Source: a virus (lineage: Duplodnaviria; Caudoviricetes). From it: a DNA stretch of 54,635 nt. Every line of letters begins with the position of its first letter. Position 1 is the stretch's first letter. The notes below the pieces were generated by a model. It saw nothing but the letters and a program-made list of their open reading frames with translations. It did no database searches and had not been told where the DNA came from. Below are positions 17,351-27,216 of the stretch, in pieces. Both the position numbers and the translations under genes were made by a program. The DNA lies in IMG/VR virus record IMGVR_UViG_3300025543_000033, positions 1 through 54,635 of that record; one strand, 5' to 3'.

Positions 17351-17379
17351 TTGACTTTTTGAAAAAGGTGTATTATATT
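17351..17379 (+). promoter_or_regulatory. Sigma70-type promoter
   Basis: A9 tract, TTGACT-17-TATATT. Confidence 0.8.
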
Positions 17380-17394
17380 TAGGGTAAATAGATT

Positions 17395-17625
17395 ATGGAT
17401 ATTAGAGACATTATACAACGATTAGAAACAATAGAAGCTGAAGCACGAGATAAGAAACAATTCGAGTTAGAAGATTCTATTGGTATTCTGATTGAAGATA
17501 TCATTGAAGATGATTTAGAATTGAACAGACAAATGGCTCAAGATATTCGTAGATATGTTGATGATAAAATTGAAAACGAAATAATTAAACGAGCAATTAA
17601 AAACGGAACAATTGCTAAAGGATAA
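17395..17625 (+). CDS. Hypothetical helical protein
   Basis: First ORF after promoter. Confidence 0.7.
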   Translation: MDIRDIIQRLETIEAEARDKKQFELEDSIGILIEDIIEDDLELNRQMAQDIRRYVDDKIENEIIKRAIKNGTIAKG

Positions 17626-17630
17626 AGGTT

Positions 17631-18080
17631 ATGGATAAGTTCGAAAAAAATGGTGGTTACTACATTGACGGAGTTCGTTATATGGATTGTAAGATTACCG
17701 GAGTTCCCGTTCGTAATGTAGGTGAGAACGCCACATATGTTATTAGTGATAGAGCACTAATGTCTAAAATGTATAAGATGTTTCCAGACACTTATGAAAA
17801 TAAATCTACACAAAGAGTATCTACTGGTCGTCCGGCTGGTTGGCACTTTATGGCTGAGTTTGTTGATAAAGACGGAAAGGTATATCATAAAGGTGTTGAA
17901 CAACCAAAGTTGTTTGGAACACTCAAACCAACTAAGGTTAAACCTAAAAAGAAAGTTAAACGAAAAACCAAAGATGAAATCTTGGTTGCTCGTCATAAAG
18001 CAAAACTTAAAGCTCAAAAACAATTAAATAAAGATTTAGAAAAACAAAAGAAATTCTTAATGGGAGAAGTAGATAAATGA
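17631..18080 (+). CDS. Hypothetical protein with basic C-terminus
   Basis: GRPAGWHFMAEFVDKDG..YHKGVEQP. Confidence 0.7.
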   Translation: MDKFEKNGGYYIDGVRYMDCKITGVPVRNVGENATYVISDRALMSKMYKMFPDTYENKSTQRVSTGRPAGWHFMAEFVDKDGKVYHKGVEQPKLFGTLKPTKVKPKKKVKRKTKDEILVARHKAKLKAQKQLNKDLEKQKKFLMGEVDK

Positions 18081-18274
18081 TGCGTAAAAGATTAGAAATC
18101 GGTAAACTACTCAAGGGAGATAAAAGACTTGAGGGAGAAACATTTCAAGAATATAAAGACAGATTAAAATTAGAGAAGTCTTTATTGAATGATTACGGAC
18201 ACGGAGTATTTGTTACGACTGATGAATATCGTCAAAACAAAATAAATCCGTTCAGACGAAATAAAAACGCTTGA
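18077..18274 (+). CDS. Hypothetical protein
   Basis: Coupled ORF; RLEGETFQEYKDR. Confidence 0.65.
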   Translation: MMRKRLEIGKLLKGDKRLEGETFQEYKDRLKLEKSLLNDYGHGVFVTTDEYRQNKINPFRRNKNA

Positions 18275-18299
18275 CAAACGAAATAAAATAGGTTATATT
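18271..18299 (+). promoter_or_regulatory. Sigma70-type promoter of uvsE
   Basis: TTGACA-17-TATATT; ATG 6 nt downstream. Confidence 0.8.
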
Positions 18300-18305
18300 T
18301 AAATT

Positions 18306-19229
18306 ATGAAATTAGGTTATGCTTGTATCAATATGCAACTTAGTTATCCGACTAAGTATGGTAAACCAAAAGGAACACAACCAATCACTACTGGTCGTAG
18401 TATGATTAGACGAACCTTTGACGAGAAAGGTGTGGACTATGCGTCCGACATCACACTTGCAAACGCAAAAGACTTGAAAGAGATTATGGTTTGGAATTCT
18501 CTTAATGGGTTTAACTTCTATCGTATGACAAGTGGGTTAGCACCTTGGAAAACTGAATACGAGTGGAACGACTTAAAAGACATTGATGAGATTAAATTTT
18601 ATCTAAGGTCTGCTGGTAAGATTGCTGACAAATATGGAATTCGTGTTACATCTCACCCCGGCCCTTTCAATGTATTGGTATCACCAAACGAAAATGTAGT
18701 TCAGAATACATTTGATGATTTAATTATGCACGGAGAAATATTTGACTTTATGGGTTTATCAAGAACACCATACAACAAAATCAACATACATTGTAATGGT
18801 GTGTACGGAGATAAGATTTCAGCTATGGATAGGTTTTGTAAAAACTTTGAACGACTACCAGAGTCAGTTCAGACAAGACTTACCGTAGAGAACGACGACA
18901 AGGCAACTATGTATTCAGTAAAAGATTTAATGTATATTCACGAACGAATTGGTATACCGATTGTGTTTGATTATCATCATCACAAATTCTGCACAGGTGA
19001 TTTATCTGAACAAGAAGCATTAGAGTTGGCTATGTCTACTTGGCCAGACGATATAGTTCCGGTGGTTCATTATTCCGAATCCAAATCAGAACACGAACTC
19101 AACGAGTCAATCAAACCACAAGCACATTCAGACTTAATTAAAGAATTACCAAACACTTATGGTAATGTGGTGGACATTATGGTTGAGGCAAAACATAAAG
19201 AATTAGCTATACAGGAGTTTATAAAATGA
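18306..19229 (+). CDS. uvsE: UV DNA damage endonuclease
   Basis: LGYACIN, SHPGPFNVL, INIH, LTVENDD, VFDYHHH, VHYSES, AHSD, MVEAKHKELA. Confidence 0.95.
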   Translation: MKLGYACINMQLSYPTKYGKPKGTQPITTGRSMIRRTFDEKGVDYASDITLANAKDLKEIMVWNSLNGFNFYRMTSGLAPWKTEYEWNDLKDIDEIKFYLRSAGKIADKYGIRVTSHPGPFNVLVSPNENVVQNTFDDLIMHGEIFDFMGLSRTPYNKINIHCNGVYGDKISAMDRFCKNFERLPESVQTRLTVENDDKATMYSVKDLMYIHERIGIPIVFDYHHHKFCTGDLSEQEALELAMSTWPDDIVPVVHYSESKSEHELNESIKPQAHSDLIKELPNTYGNVVDIMVEAKHKELAIQEFIK

Positions 19230-20125
19230 GTATCAATGGTTGGATAATCCATAAAAAAGAATTAGGAGAAAACCACGAAGTCGAACGATTGGTTGAAGAA
19301 TTTCACAAACAACATATTAAGATTCGTATAGTGAATCCACAAGATGTAGATATATTTGTAAATCGTGATGATAGAAAATCTATCATTGTCGAGGGGAAAC
19401 AAGTTCCATTACCAGATTTCGTTTTACCGAGAACCGGTAGTGGAACGACTTATTTTATCAAAGCAATCATCAGACACTTAGAACGATTGGGTGTTGTTCT
19501 GATTAACGGAAGTGATGCGATTGATAATGTTAAAGACAAATTATATTCACAACAAATCTTGGGTGGTTCTAATTTACCAGTTCCAAATACAATGTTGGTT
19601 AAACATCCGATTGATGTGGACTTGGTAGAAAAGAATATGCAATATCCTTTGGTTGTGAAAACTTTAAGTGGTAGTTATGGTAGTGGAGTATTTTTAGTTC
19701 AAGACAGAAAACAATTTGTGGACTTGGTTAAAATGGCAGAACTATCTAATTCTTATTACAATATTATTATACAAGAATTTATAAAAGATTCTTATGGAAA
19801 AGATTTAAGAGTATTTGTTATCAATGGTAAAGTCGCTGGGTGTATGATGAGACAATCTACCGACGGAGACTTTCGTGCCAACTTAACTCGTGGTGGAGAA
19901 GCAATCCCTTATCAGATTGACGAAGACATTGAGTGGATTGGTGGTGAGTGTGCCAGACTTTTAGACTTGGATATAGCAGGTGTAGACTTGTTGTTCCACG
20001 AAGGTAAGTATATGATTTGTGAGGTAAATTCTGCACCAGGTTTTGAAGGTATGGAAAAATATACCAAGATAAACATCGCAGAACAAATCGTTCACTTCAT
20101 ACAGAAAAAAGTAGGTGACAAATAA
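19226..20125 (+). CDS. rimK: RimK-family ATP-grasp alpha-L-glutamate ligase
   Basis: VKDKLYSQQ, GSYGSGV, QEFI, GKDLRVFV, DFRANLTRGG, AGVDLL, EVNSAPGFEG. Confidence 0.9.
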   Translation: MSINGWIIHKKELGENHEVERLVEEFHKQHIKIRIVNPQDVDIFVNRDDRKSIIVEGKQVPLPDFVLPRTGSGTTYFIKAIIRHLERLGVVLINGSDAIDNVKDKLYSQQILGGSNLPVPNTMLVKHPIDVDLVEKNMQYPLVVKTLSGSYGSGVFLVQDRKQFVDLVKMAELSNSYYNIIIQEFIKDSYGKDLRVFVINGKVAGCMMRQSTDGDFRANLTRGGEAIPYQIDEDIEWIGGECARLLDLDIAGVDLLFHEGKYMICEVNSAPGFEGMEKYTKINIAEQIVHFIQKKVGDK

Positions 20126-20151
20126 TTATTATAAATAAAAGGACGGAAACT

Positions 20152-20691
20152 ATGAAAAAATACTTCATTATATTTTTAACATTTTTCACTATCTTTAATG
20201 GATACATTTGGATAAACTTATTCAAAGAATACCAAACATATTATATGGGTATCATTGATTCATTAGAAGATGATAGAGTTAGATTACAATTAATGATTGA
20301 TGAACACGAACACGGAGTATCTTTAGCAGGACTTGATGTTACGGTCACAATGTATCACCCAGTCAGACAACAAACCGACAGAACACCAAACATATTAGCA
20401 GACGGAACTAAGATTACCGTTCACAAAGCATCAGAATATAGATATGTTGCCGTTAGTCGTAATTTATTAAAACGCTGGGGTGGTTGGTTAGACTATGGAG
20501 ATTTTATCGTATTGACCGGAACTGACGGAAAGGACGGAGTGTATCAAGTTAAAGATACAATGAACCAAAGATTTGTAAATCGTATTGATATCTTGGAATC
20601 ACCAGGCACGAAACCATATATGTTTTCGAGTGCTAAGATTAAGAAAGCAAATTTAAACGAGGATATAAAATTTGTTACAGAAAAAAAATAA
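20152..20691 (+). CDS. 3D-domain cell-wall hydrolase-like protein with N-terminal TM anchor
   Basis: TVTMY..QTD.TP.ILADG, VAVSR, VKDTMN.RF.NRIDI. Confidence 0.75.
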   Translation: MKKYFIIFLTFFTIFNGYIWINLFKEYQTYYMGIIDSLEDDRVRLQLMIDEHEHGVSLAGLDVTVTMYHPVRQQTDRTPNILADGTKITVHKASEYRYVAVSRNLLKRWGGWLDYGDFIVLTGTDGKDGVYQVKDTMNQRFVNRIDILESPGTKPYMFSSAKIKKANLNEDIKFVTEKK

Positions 20692-20699
20692 AAAAATAC

Positions 20700-20728
20700 T
20701 TGACAAACGCTAAAAAGTTTTGTATATT
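20700..20728 (+). promoter_or_regulatory. Sigma70-type promoter
   Basis: A-tract, TTGACA-17-TATATT. Confidence 0.8.
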
Positions 20729-20754
20729 AGTATAAATAAATTAAAAAGGTTATT

Positions 20755-21909
20755 ATGAGTTTTGAGAAATTTACAGGTGTTACAGAATTTGACTTTGAAC
20801 TAAATAAACAAAAGTTCATTGAGAATTTGGATTACCTAAAAACTATGTCGGTTGAAGAATCCACTCTTTATAAGAAGTGGCAAGAGTTCAACAAAGATGT
20901 AGAAAAATCAAGACAGTGGGCAACTCAAATAGATGCCATCAGAAATAAGTTATGGACACCAACAGACATTTATAACAAAGAATTAACTATTCAAGAAATT
21001 CAAAACTTAGACCCGATTATAGAATTTACCAAAGATGCATCAGAGTGGACATTAGTTAGAAAGCTAATTCACACAATGGATTGGAATGCTAATCCAGGTC
21101 GTAATCAAAAGTATTATGTTAAAGACAGAACAACAGATAAAATACTTGGGTTAGTGTCATTAGGTAGTGATGTCACAAGTATCAAAGTTCGTGATGATTT
21201 CTTAGGTTGGAAAAAAGACGACAAGTTTAAAAATCATAAACTAAACAATACAGCTATTGCATCAACGATTGTTTGTGTTCAACCACTTGGGTTTAATATG
21301 TTGGGTGGTAAATTAATTGCATCAATGGCAACATCTTCTAATGTAAGAGAACAATGGAAAAAAGATTATGATGATTTATTAGTTGGATTAACCACAACAT
21401 CTTTGTATGGTGTTCACTCACAATACAACGGAATACCTTTGTGGAAAACATTAGGAGAATCCAATGGAAAGATTTTAATCAAACCAGATGATAGTGTTTA
21501 CTTGGTTTGGAATCAATGGTTAAAAGAAAACCATTATGAAGAACACTTGAAGGCTGTATCCAATACAGGCCCAAAACAAAATGTTATTAATAGAATTTTT
21601 AAACACTTGGAAATTAAACCAAAAGAATATGAACACGGATTTAAACGAGGTGTTTACTTTGCAGATATGTATGAAAACGGAAAAGAATTTCTAAGAAGTG
21701 AAATCGAAGAAAAAGATTTAGTTATGAAACAAAAGTATCAACAAGACACAGATTATATAAATAATTGGTGGAAACCAAAAGCAATCAAACGATATACAAA
21801 TCTATTGGAACAAAATAGAATCAAACCAGAATCATTATTTTATTCCAATATAATCGGTATGACTTGGGAAGAAGCCAAAGAAACTTATTTAAAAGAAGTC
21901 GGTAGATAA
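20755..21909 (+). CDS. DUF4338 / Druantia DruA-like protein
   Basis: PGRN...VKDRTT..ILG..SLGSDV...RD..LGW, PLGFNMLGGKLIA, TTTSLYG..SQYN, LGES.G. Confidence 0.78.
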   Translation: MSFEKFTGVTEFDFELNKQKFIENLDYLKTMSVEESTLYKKWQEFNKDVEKSRQWATQIDAIRNKLWTPTDIYNKELTIQEIQNLDPIIEFTKDASEWTLVRKLIHTMDWNANPGRNQKYYVKDRTTDKILGLVSLGSDVTSIKVRDDFLGWKKDDKFKNHKLNNTAIASTIVCVQPLGFNMLGGKLIASMATSSNVREQWKKDYDDLLVGLTTTSLYGVHSQYNGIPLWKTLGESNGKILIKPDDSVYLVWNQWLKENHYEEHLKAVSNTGPKQNVINRIFKHLEIKPKEYEHGFKRGVYFADMYENGKEFLRSEIEEKDLVMKQKYQQDTDYINNWWKPKAIKRYTNLLEQNRIKPESLFYSNIIGMTWEEAKETYLKEVGR

Positions 21910-21923
21910 TGTTAAAAAAATAC

Positions 21924-21952
21924 TTGACTTTTACAAATTTTATTATTAAATT
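21924..21952 (+). promoter_or_regulatory. Sigma70-type promoter
   Basis: TTGACT-17-TAAATT. Confidence 0.7.
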
Positions 21953-21994
21953 ATTAGACAATAAAATATTGAATATTAAAAAGGAGACTAAATA

Positions 21995-23518
21995 GTGAAA
22001 AAAACTAAATTTAAAGTAGAAGAAATTCCTAATGTAAAGGAAACTTCTAATTTAATGCCACCCGAGTGGTATAATGAAAAAGAAGGTGGTTATGTCTACC
22101 TTTGGACAAATTTAACAAATTTAAAATTAAATGAAGGCGTTACAGATGAATCTGAATTAAAGCCAGTTTACTATCTTGGTTTAGGAAGTAAAGGAAAACT
22201 TGGATACAAGGACGGAACTTATTATAGTTCTTGTAACGAGAAACAATACAAATTAGACCAGAGTAATCCTAATGTCGAATGGAGATTTGAAATTTTAGAT
22301 TTTTATGAAGAATATGAAATGGCTGAATATACAGAATCTTTTAAATTAGTGAATGTAAAAGCAGCTCAATCCCCACTTTATTACAATGGTAATAATGGAT
22401 TTGTAGAAATTAAAGAAAGTCTCACTAAAGATGTCATTCAACTAAATACAGACATTGAAGAAGCATCAAACTATTTTATGAGTTTACCGATTGACAAACG
22501 AGAAGGCTCTTACAAGGGATTTAGATTTAAAGTTGAACCTTGGTCAGTTGTTGAAAGCTTTATCCCTTATCAGTTACCAGAGCGTGAGGAAGACACTACG
22601 GTTATTGACAGCGTCGCGACAAAAGTTAGAGCGAAACGTGGAGACACAAGTTCTATCCCACCAATCTTAGTTATGAATTTAAGAGACGGTATTCAATTAG
22701 ATGACAATGGAAAGTATTTACAAGGAAATTTAAATTTTGCTGGTAATCACCGAAAAAAAGGTTGTCAAAACGAAGGAGCAACACACGCTAATGTTTTGTA
22801 TGTTCCAGATTATAGAACAGCTAACTATGGAAACATTCAAATTCAACAATTAGCTGCAGCTGACAACCCATTACCCAAAGAACCAAAAAATCCAACTGGA
22901 CAAAATGAACTTGTTAACATTGTAGTTGGAATGTGTCAAGAAAACAACATTCCAGTTTCTCACGAAGACATTGAAGATTATTTGGTATCACTTAATGTAG
23001 ACCCAAAACAACGAACAAAAGTTAAAGATTTAGCAAAAGACAAACAAAAACATCAGACAAACAACACCGTTCCAATCAAATGGAATGCAAAAGGTTGGTC
23101 AGCAGAAGCAAAACGAATCGTTGAGGCTTTAGAAACTGACACTTCAAAAGCAGTTGTTTGTTCGGTTGAAACTTTTAACATTGAGATGTTAATGAGAGTT
23201 TGGCATGAAGCTAATGAAAATCATACACCAATTACAGACTTTACTTATTTGATGTATGGTAGTAATGGCCCTGCTTGGACAATGTGGGACAATGAACCAA
23301 AAGGTAGAGCAAACGCTGACAAGTTGATTGATGCGACAAGAAATGAAGTTTATGACAAAGAAGGAAACTTGATTTCAGAAATCAAGGTACACTTTAGGAG
23401 ACTACCTGGAGAACATGCAAATGTTGGTGTTGATTACCACAACTTTTGGGACTCTTCGCGAAGAGGAAAAACTTGGTTAAAAGACGAAGGTATTACTTTA
23501 CCTAAAAAGGACAAATAA
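21995..23518 (+). CDS. GIY-YIG-like N-terminal domain fused to a ParB/Srx-like domain
   Basis: GYVYLWTN..YYLG..YYSS..FEIL..E..PLYYN; PPILV...AGNHR; GTG start after AAGGAG. Confidence 0.6.
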   Translation: MKKTKFKVEEIPNVKETSNLMPPEWYNEKEGGYVYLWTNLTNLKLNEGVTDESELKPVYYLGLGSKGKLGYKDGTYYSSCNEKQYKLDQSNPNVEWRFEILDFYEEYEMAEYTESFKLVNVKAAQSPLYYNGNNGFVEIKESLTKDVIQLNTDIEEASNYFMSLPIDKREGSYKGFRFKVEPWSVVESFIPYQLPEREEDTTVIDSVATKVRAKRGDTSSIPPILVMNLRDGIQLDDNGKYLQGNLNFAGNHRKKGCQNEGATHANVLYVPDYRTANYGNIQIQQLAAADNPLPKEPKNPTGQNELVNIVVGMCQENNIPVSHEDIEDYLVSLNVDPKQRTKVKDLAKDKQKHQTNNTVPIKWNAKGWSAEAKRIVEALETDTSKAVVCSVETFNIEMLMRVWHEANENHTPITDFTYLMYGSNGPAWTMWDNEPKGRANADKLIDATRNEVYDKEGNLISEIKVHFRRLPGEHANVGVDYHNFWDSSRRGKTWLKDEGITLPKKDK

Positions 23519-24852
23519 TGTCATTAAGTAGATTCTTATCAGATGACAAAGAATACAAGTATAAAATACTTGTCTATCCAAATATAACTTTCCAAAAAGA
23601 TTTGGAGAAAGATAGTTATGTAGTTGTGTTGGGTAATATAATTAAAGAAATGAATAAACTCAGAAATGATTTACATTGGACAATTATATCGCCGAAGTTA
23701 ATATCAAGTTTACAATTTGACAATACAGAACAATTAATTGTTCCACAACTTACATATCCTAATTCAATGCGAATGTCTTTTCCATTTAAAGAAGTTATGA
23801 CAGCGATTGATTGGACTCGTAATGATTATGATATCGTGTATAGTCATTTACCAGAACACACCGGTCAGTTAAAGAATTTACTTTACAACACAACTAATAT
23901 TTCACCAACGATAATCGGTTATACTCATTGGACTGAGTTCAAGGAAATAACAAATTACGAATATCAAGTTGGTTTAGCATTTAACATTATTGGTTTATTA
24001 CAACAAGAAAAATGTGGTATCAATACAGAAGCACAAAAACAACTCGTATTGAAAAATGCAAGGGAACATTTTAATGATGATGTCATTAAACAATTAGATG
24101 AAATTCTTGAACCACATTATCTCGGTTGGGAAACACCAAACTATGAAAAACAAACAACAGATAAAAATATAATTGTTTACAATCATAGACCACACACATA
24201 CAAAAACTATCCTTGGTTCTTACAACAAATGGATAAACTTTGGGAACAAAGACAAGACTTTGAAGTTTGGGTTCCATTAGCAGACTCAAAAGAAAAACAA
24301 TATATGACAATTGACAAGTATGATAGGTTTGGATATTTTTCTAAATTATCTTCTTGTAAAGTAGGTGTTTGTTGTAAACAAAAATATGAAGGTTGGGCAG
24401 TCTCTGCTACGGACGGAATGTCAGTTGGAGTTCCTTATATGTTTTCAGATGACGGAAGTTATCACGAGTTAGCAGATGATGCCGGAATATATTATAAAGA
24501 TTCAGATGAGTTTTTAACACTAATGAATAAAGTATTAGATGACGAAAACTTTAGAAATGAATATTCTGAAAAATCATTACAACGATTTGAGAATAGTAAA
24601 TGGGATAAACAGATTTTAAAAATTAACGATATGTTTCAAACTGCTATTGACAATTTACAAGAAAGTAAAGAAACTGATTCATACAAACAAATATTAAAAA
24701 TTATCAAAGATAAAAAGTCAGTTACCAAACGAGACATTACTGATGAACTTGGTTGGGGTATACGAATAGCATTTAATTCATATCGAAATAGATTACGAAA
24801 TGAAAAAGATATAAGATTAACAAAAAATAGATACGAGGTTATTGAACAATGA
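23518..24852 (+). CDS. GT-B glycosyltransferase with C-terminal winged-helix-like extension
   Basis: YDIVYSHLPE, IVYNHR, YEGWAVSATDGMSVGVP; C-terminal ILKIIKDKKSVTKRDITDELGW. Confidence 0.82.
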   Translation: MSLSRFLSDDKEYKYKILVYPNITFQKDLEKDSYVVVLGNIIKEMNKLRNDLHWTIISPKLISSLQFDNTEQLIVPQLTYPNSMRMSFPFKEVMTAIDWTRNDYDIVYSHLPEHTGQLKNLLYNTTNISPTIIGYTHWTEFKEITNYEYQVGLAFNIIGLLQQEKCGINTEAQKQLVLKNAREHFNDDVIKQLDEILEPHYLGWETPNYEKQTTDKNIIVYNHRPHTYKNYPWFLQQMDKLWEQRQDFEVWVPLADSKEKQYMTIDKYDRFGYFSKLSSCKVGVCCKQKYEGWAVSATDGMSVGVPYMFSDDGSYHELADDAGIYYKDSDEFLTLMNKVLDDENFRNEYSEKSLQRFENSKWDKQILKINDMFQTAIDNLQESKETDSYKQILKIIKDKKSVTKRDITDELGWGIRIAFNSYRNRLRNEKDIRLTKNRYEVIEQ

Positions 24853-25658
24853 AGCAATTAACAGAAAAACAAATTACAGATAATTGGAACGAACTTAGAA
24901 CCATTATCAACAATACATTTAGTGGTGAAAGATTAGAACGACTAAATAAAATGTATGATGACTTAGAAGACAGAATGGTCGTAGCACCAGCAAGTGCTAA
25001 GAAAGCATTTCACAATGCAATGGTTGGTGGTTATGTAGAACATATTTTGCATGTTATCAAGATGTCATTACAATTAAAGAAAGTTTGGGAATCAAACGAG
25101 GCAATGATAAACTTTACAGACGAAGAACTAATCTTTGCAGCTATGCACCACGACTTAGGAAAGATTGGAGACTTAGAAGGTAATGATTATTATATCATTC
25201 AAGAGAACGATTGGAGAGTAAAGAATATGGGAGAAATCTATACTCACAATGAAGACCTTTCATCTTATATGAATGTTACGGATAGGGCAATGTTTATTCT
25301 ACAACATTATGGAATCACTATGTCTGAATTTGAATATCTTGGATTAAAATTAGCAGACGGATTATATGAAGATGCTAATGAAAAATATCTAAAAGGTTAC
25401 AATCCGGCTTGGAGATTAAAAAGTAATATTGCTTACATTGTTCACCAAGCTGATATGATGGCTACTCATACCGAGTATGATGTTTGGCATCGTGACGATA
25501 AAAAAGAATCTGAAAAAGTAGCAATGTCAGTAAATAAAATTAAAAGTGCTGTAGATACTCAGATTGATAAAAACAACGAAGTTAAAGAAAAGTTCAATAC
25601 CAAAACCACAGATGCGAAAGATATCTTTAACGAACTATTTGGGGAGGCTAAAAAATGA
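24849..25658 (+). CDS. HD-domain phosphohydrolase
   Basis: APAS..FHN..GGYVEH, AAMHHDLGKIG, VHQAD. Confidence 0.88.
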   Translation: MKQLTEKQITDNWNELRTIINNTFSGERLERLNKMYDDLEDRMVVAPASAKKAFHNAMVGGYVEHILHVIKMSLQLKKVWESNEAMINFTDEELIFAAMHHDLGKIGDLEGNDYYIIQENDWRVKNMGEIYTHNEDLSSYMNVTDRAMFILQHYGITMSEFEYLGLKLADGLYEDANEKYLKGYNPAWRLKSNIAYIVHQADMMATHTEYDVWHRDDKKESEKVAMSVNKIKSAVDTQIDKNNEVKEKFNTKTTDAKDIFNELFGEAKK

Positions 25659-25903
25659 TATATGCATTATTAACAATTATTTGCTTGACTTTAAGTTATG
25701 TTGTGTTTAACTTAACGAGAAAAGTAGAAAGACTTGAAACTTGGGTTGAGGATTACGCACAACGAATCCAAAATACACAAGATATATTAAAAGAGATTGA
25801 CCAAAAAGGAACATTTGAAGCTGATGATGAAATCGGTGTAGTGTTTCAATCAATCAAAGAAACCGTAGACGAGTTAAACGAAATAACAGAACAGGAGATA
25901 TAA
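25655..25903 (+). CDS. N-terminal TM plus coiled-coil protein
   Basis: Hydrophobic N-terminus; FEADDEIG. Confidence 0.72.
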   Translation: MIYALLTIICLTLSYVVFNLTRKVERLETWVEDYAQRIQNTQDILKEIDQKGTFEADDEIGVVFQSIKETVDELNEITEQEI

Positions 25904-26136
25904 TGAATATTGAACGAAAGTATGATGAAAAGCATCCATTAAAAATTGCATTAGAAAACTATCTTGATAACAAGATAAGTTATAAATCATTTAAAAATAT
26001 AATGCCAAAGGTAGAACATAAGATGAACCATAATTGGATAACTTCCGGTAAGAGTTCTTTATATGATTATTTATTTTTCTCAGATGAAGGTTTGAGATTC
26101 GTCGCTGAAACTTCTAAAGAAGTGGGGGTCAACTAA
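25903..26136 (+). CDS. Hypothetical protein
   Basis: Coupled ORF with AGGAG RBS. Confidence 0.65.
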   Translation: MNIERKYDEKHPLKIALENYLDNKISYKSFKNIMPKVEHKMNHNWITSGKSSLYDYLFFSDEGLRFVAETSKEVGVN

Positions 26137-26861
26137 TGCCAAGAGTAGCAAAAAAAGGTTCAACAAGATATTACTTTAATCAAGACACAGAAGATGCAAT
26201 CATCAGACATAATAAAGAAACTCGTCCACATATGAGAGAGAGAATTTATAATGAACACATTAGAGTTCCGTTTGAGAAGTTGGCAGAAAACATTATTCAT
26301 ACATTTAAGTTTTATTACTTTGATGTTCCGAGTAATGATGTTAAACACGAGGTTGTAAGTTTTCTATATATGAATATGCATAAGTTTACCGAAGGTAAAG
26401 GTAAGGCATTTAGTTATTTCAGTATTGTTGCTAAGAACTATTTGATTCTACACAACAACAACAATTACAAAAAACTCAAACAAACACAAGATGAAGAAGT
26501 ATCTGATTACAAACGAAATGTTCAATACGAAGAAGGAAGAATAGATTTCCTTGACGGACAACGAGAGTATATGGATTTATTCGTAGAGTATTGGACTAAC
26601 AATCTAACTACCGTCTTCAAACGAAAACAAGATATTGATGTAGCTAATTCAGTATTGTATTTAATTGAACAAAGACAAAACATTGAAAACTTTAATAAGA
26701 AGGCTTTGTATATTATGATTAGAGAAATGACTAATTCCAATACACAACACATCACCAGAGTAATTAATGTTTTGAAAAAACACCATATGAATTTATATAA
26801 AAATTATTTGACTACTGGCTCAATAGAAACCAAATGGACAGGTAGTTGGGATATATTGTAG
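26136..26861 (+). CDS. Phage sigma factor (gp55-like, region 2 only)
   Basis: KLAENII..DVKHEVVSFL..KF..GKGKAFSYFSIVAKNYLI resembles sigma region 2; last gene before structural block. Confidence 0.72.
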   Translation: MPRVAKKGSTRYYFNQDTEDAIIRHNKETRPHMRERIYNEHIRVPFEKLAENIIHTFKFYYFDVPSNDVKHEVVSFLYMNMHKFTEGKGKAFSYFSIVAKNYLILHNNNNYKKLKQTQDEEVSDYKRNVQYEEGRIDFLDGQREYMDLFVEYWTNNLTTVFKRKQDIDVANSVLYLIEQRQNIENFNKKALYIMIREMTNSNTQHITRVINVLKKHHMNLYKNYLTTGSIETKWTGSWDIL

Positions 26862-26864
26862 ATG

Positions 26865-26892
26865 AAAAGGCCGATATTTCTACCGGCCTTTT
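26865..26892. terminator. Bidirectional intrinsic terminator
   Basis: AAAAGGCCG...CGGCCTTTT between convergent genes. Confidence 0.85.
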
Positions 26893-26903
26893 GTAATCCA
26901 CCT

Positions 26904-27125
26904 TTATTTGTTGAGTAATCCGAATATCACGATAAATGATAGAAATCCAGCAAATCCTGCGTCACCGAAAGAATTTACTAAACTAATCAAATTACCAACA
27001 ATGTCTATTCCTAAGAATCCCCCTACAAATACTAATTGTACGAGAACACCTAAGCCGATAATGTGATACAATAAGTCTTTAATTCCGACTATTGAATCCA
27101 ATATCAATTTCATTGCGTCTTTCAT
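26904..27125 (-). CDS. 73-aa hydrophobic membrane protein; the only credible minus-strand gene
   Basis: AAGGGGGA RBS before ATG 27125; MKDAMKLILDSIVG...DIVGNLISLVNSFGDAGFAGFLSFIVIFGLLNK; own terminator. Confidence 0.8.
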   Translation of the reverse strand: MKDAMKLILDSIVGIKDLLYHIIGLGVLVQLVFVGGFLGIDIVGNLISLVNSFGDAGFAGFLSFIVIFGLLNK

Positions 27126-27216
27126 TTTAGTTTCCCCCTTTAAATGAATAAAAGTCGGTGTAATAACCGACTTCGTATAATAACTATATAGTATTTTTAA
27201 AAAAATAAACCGATAT

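Noticed and set aside
20755-21909. Complete Druantia defence system
   Set aside because: No DruE helicase or other Dru genes
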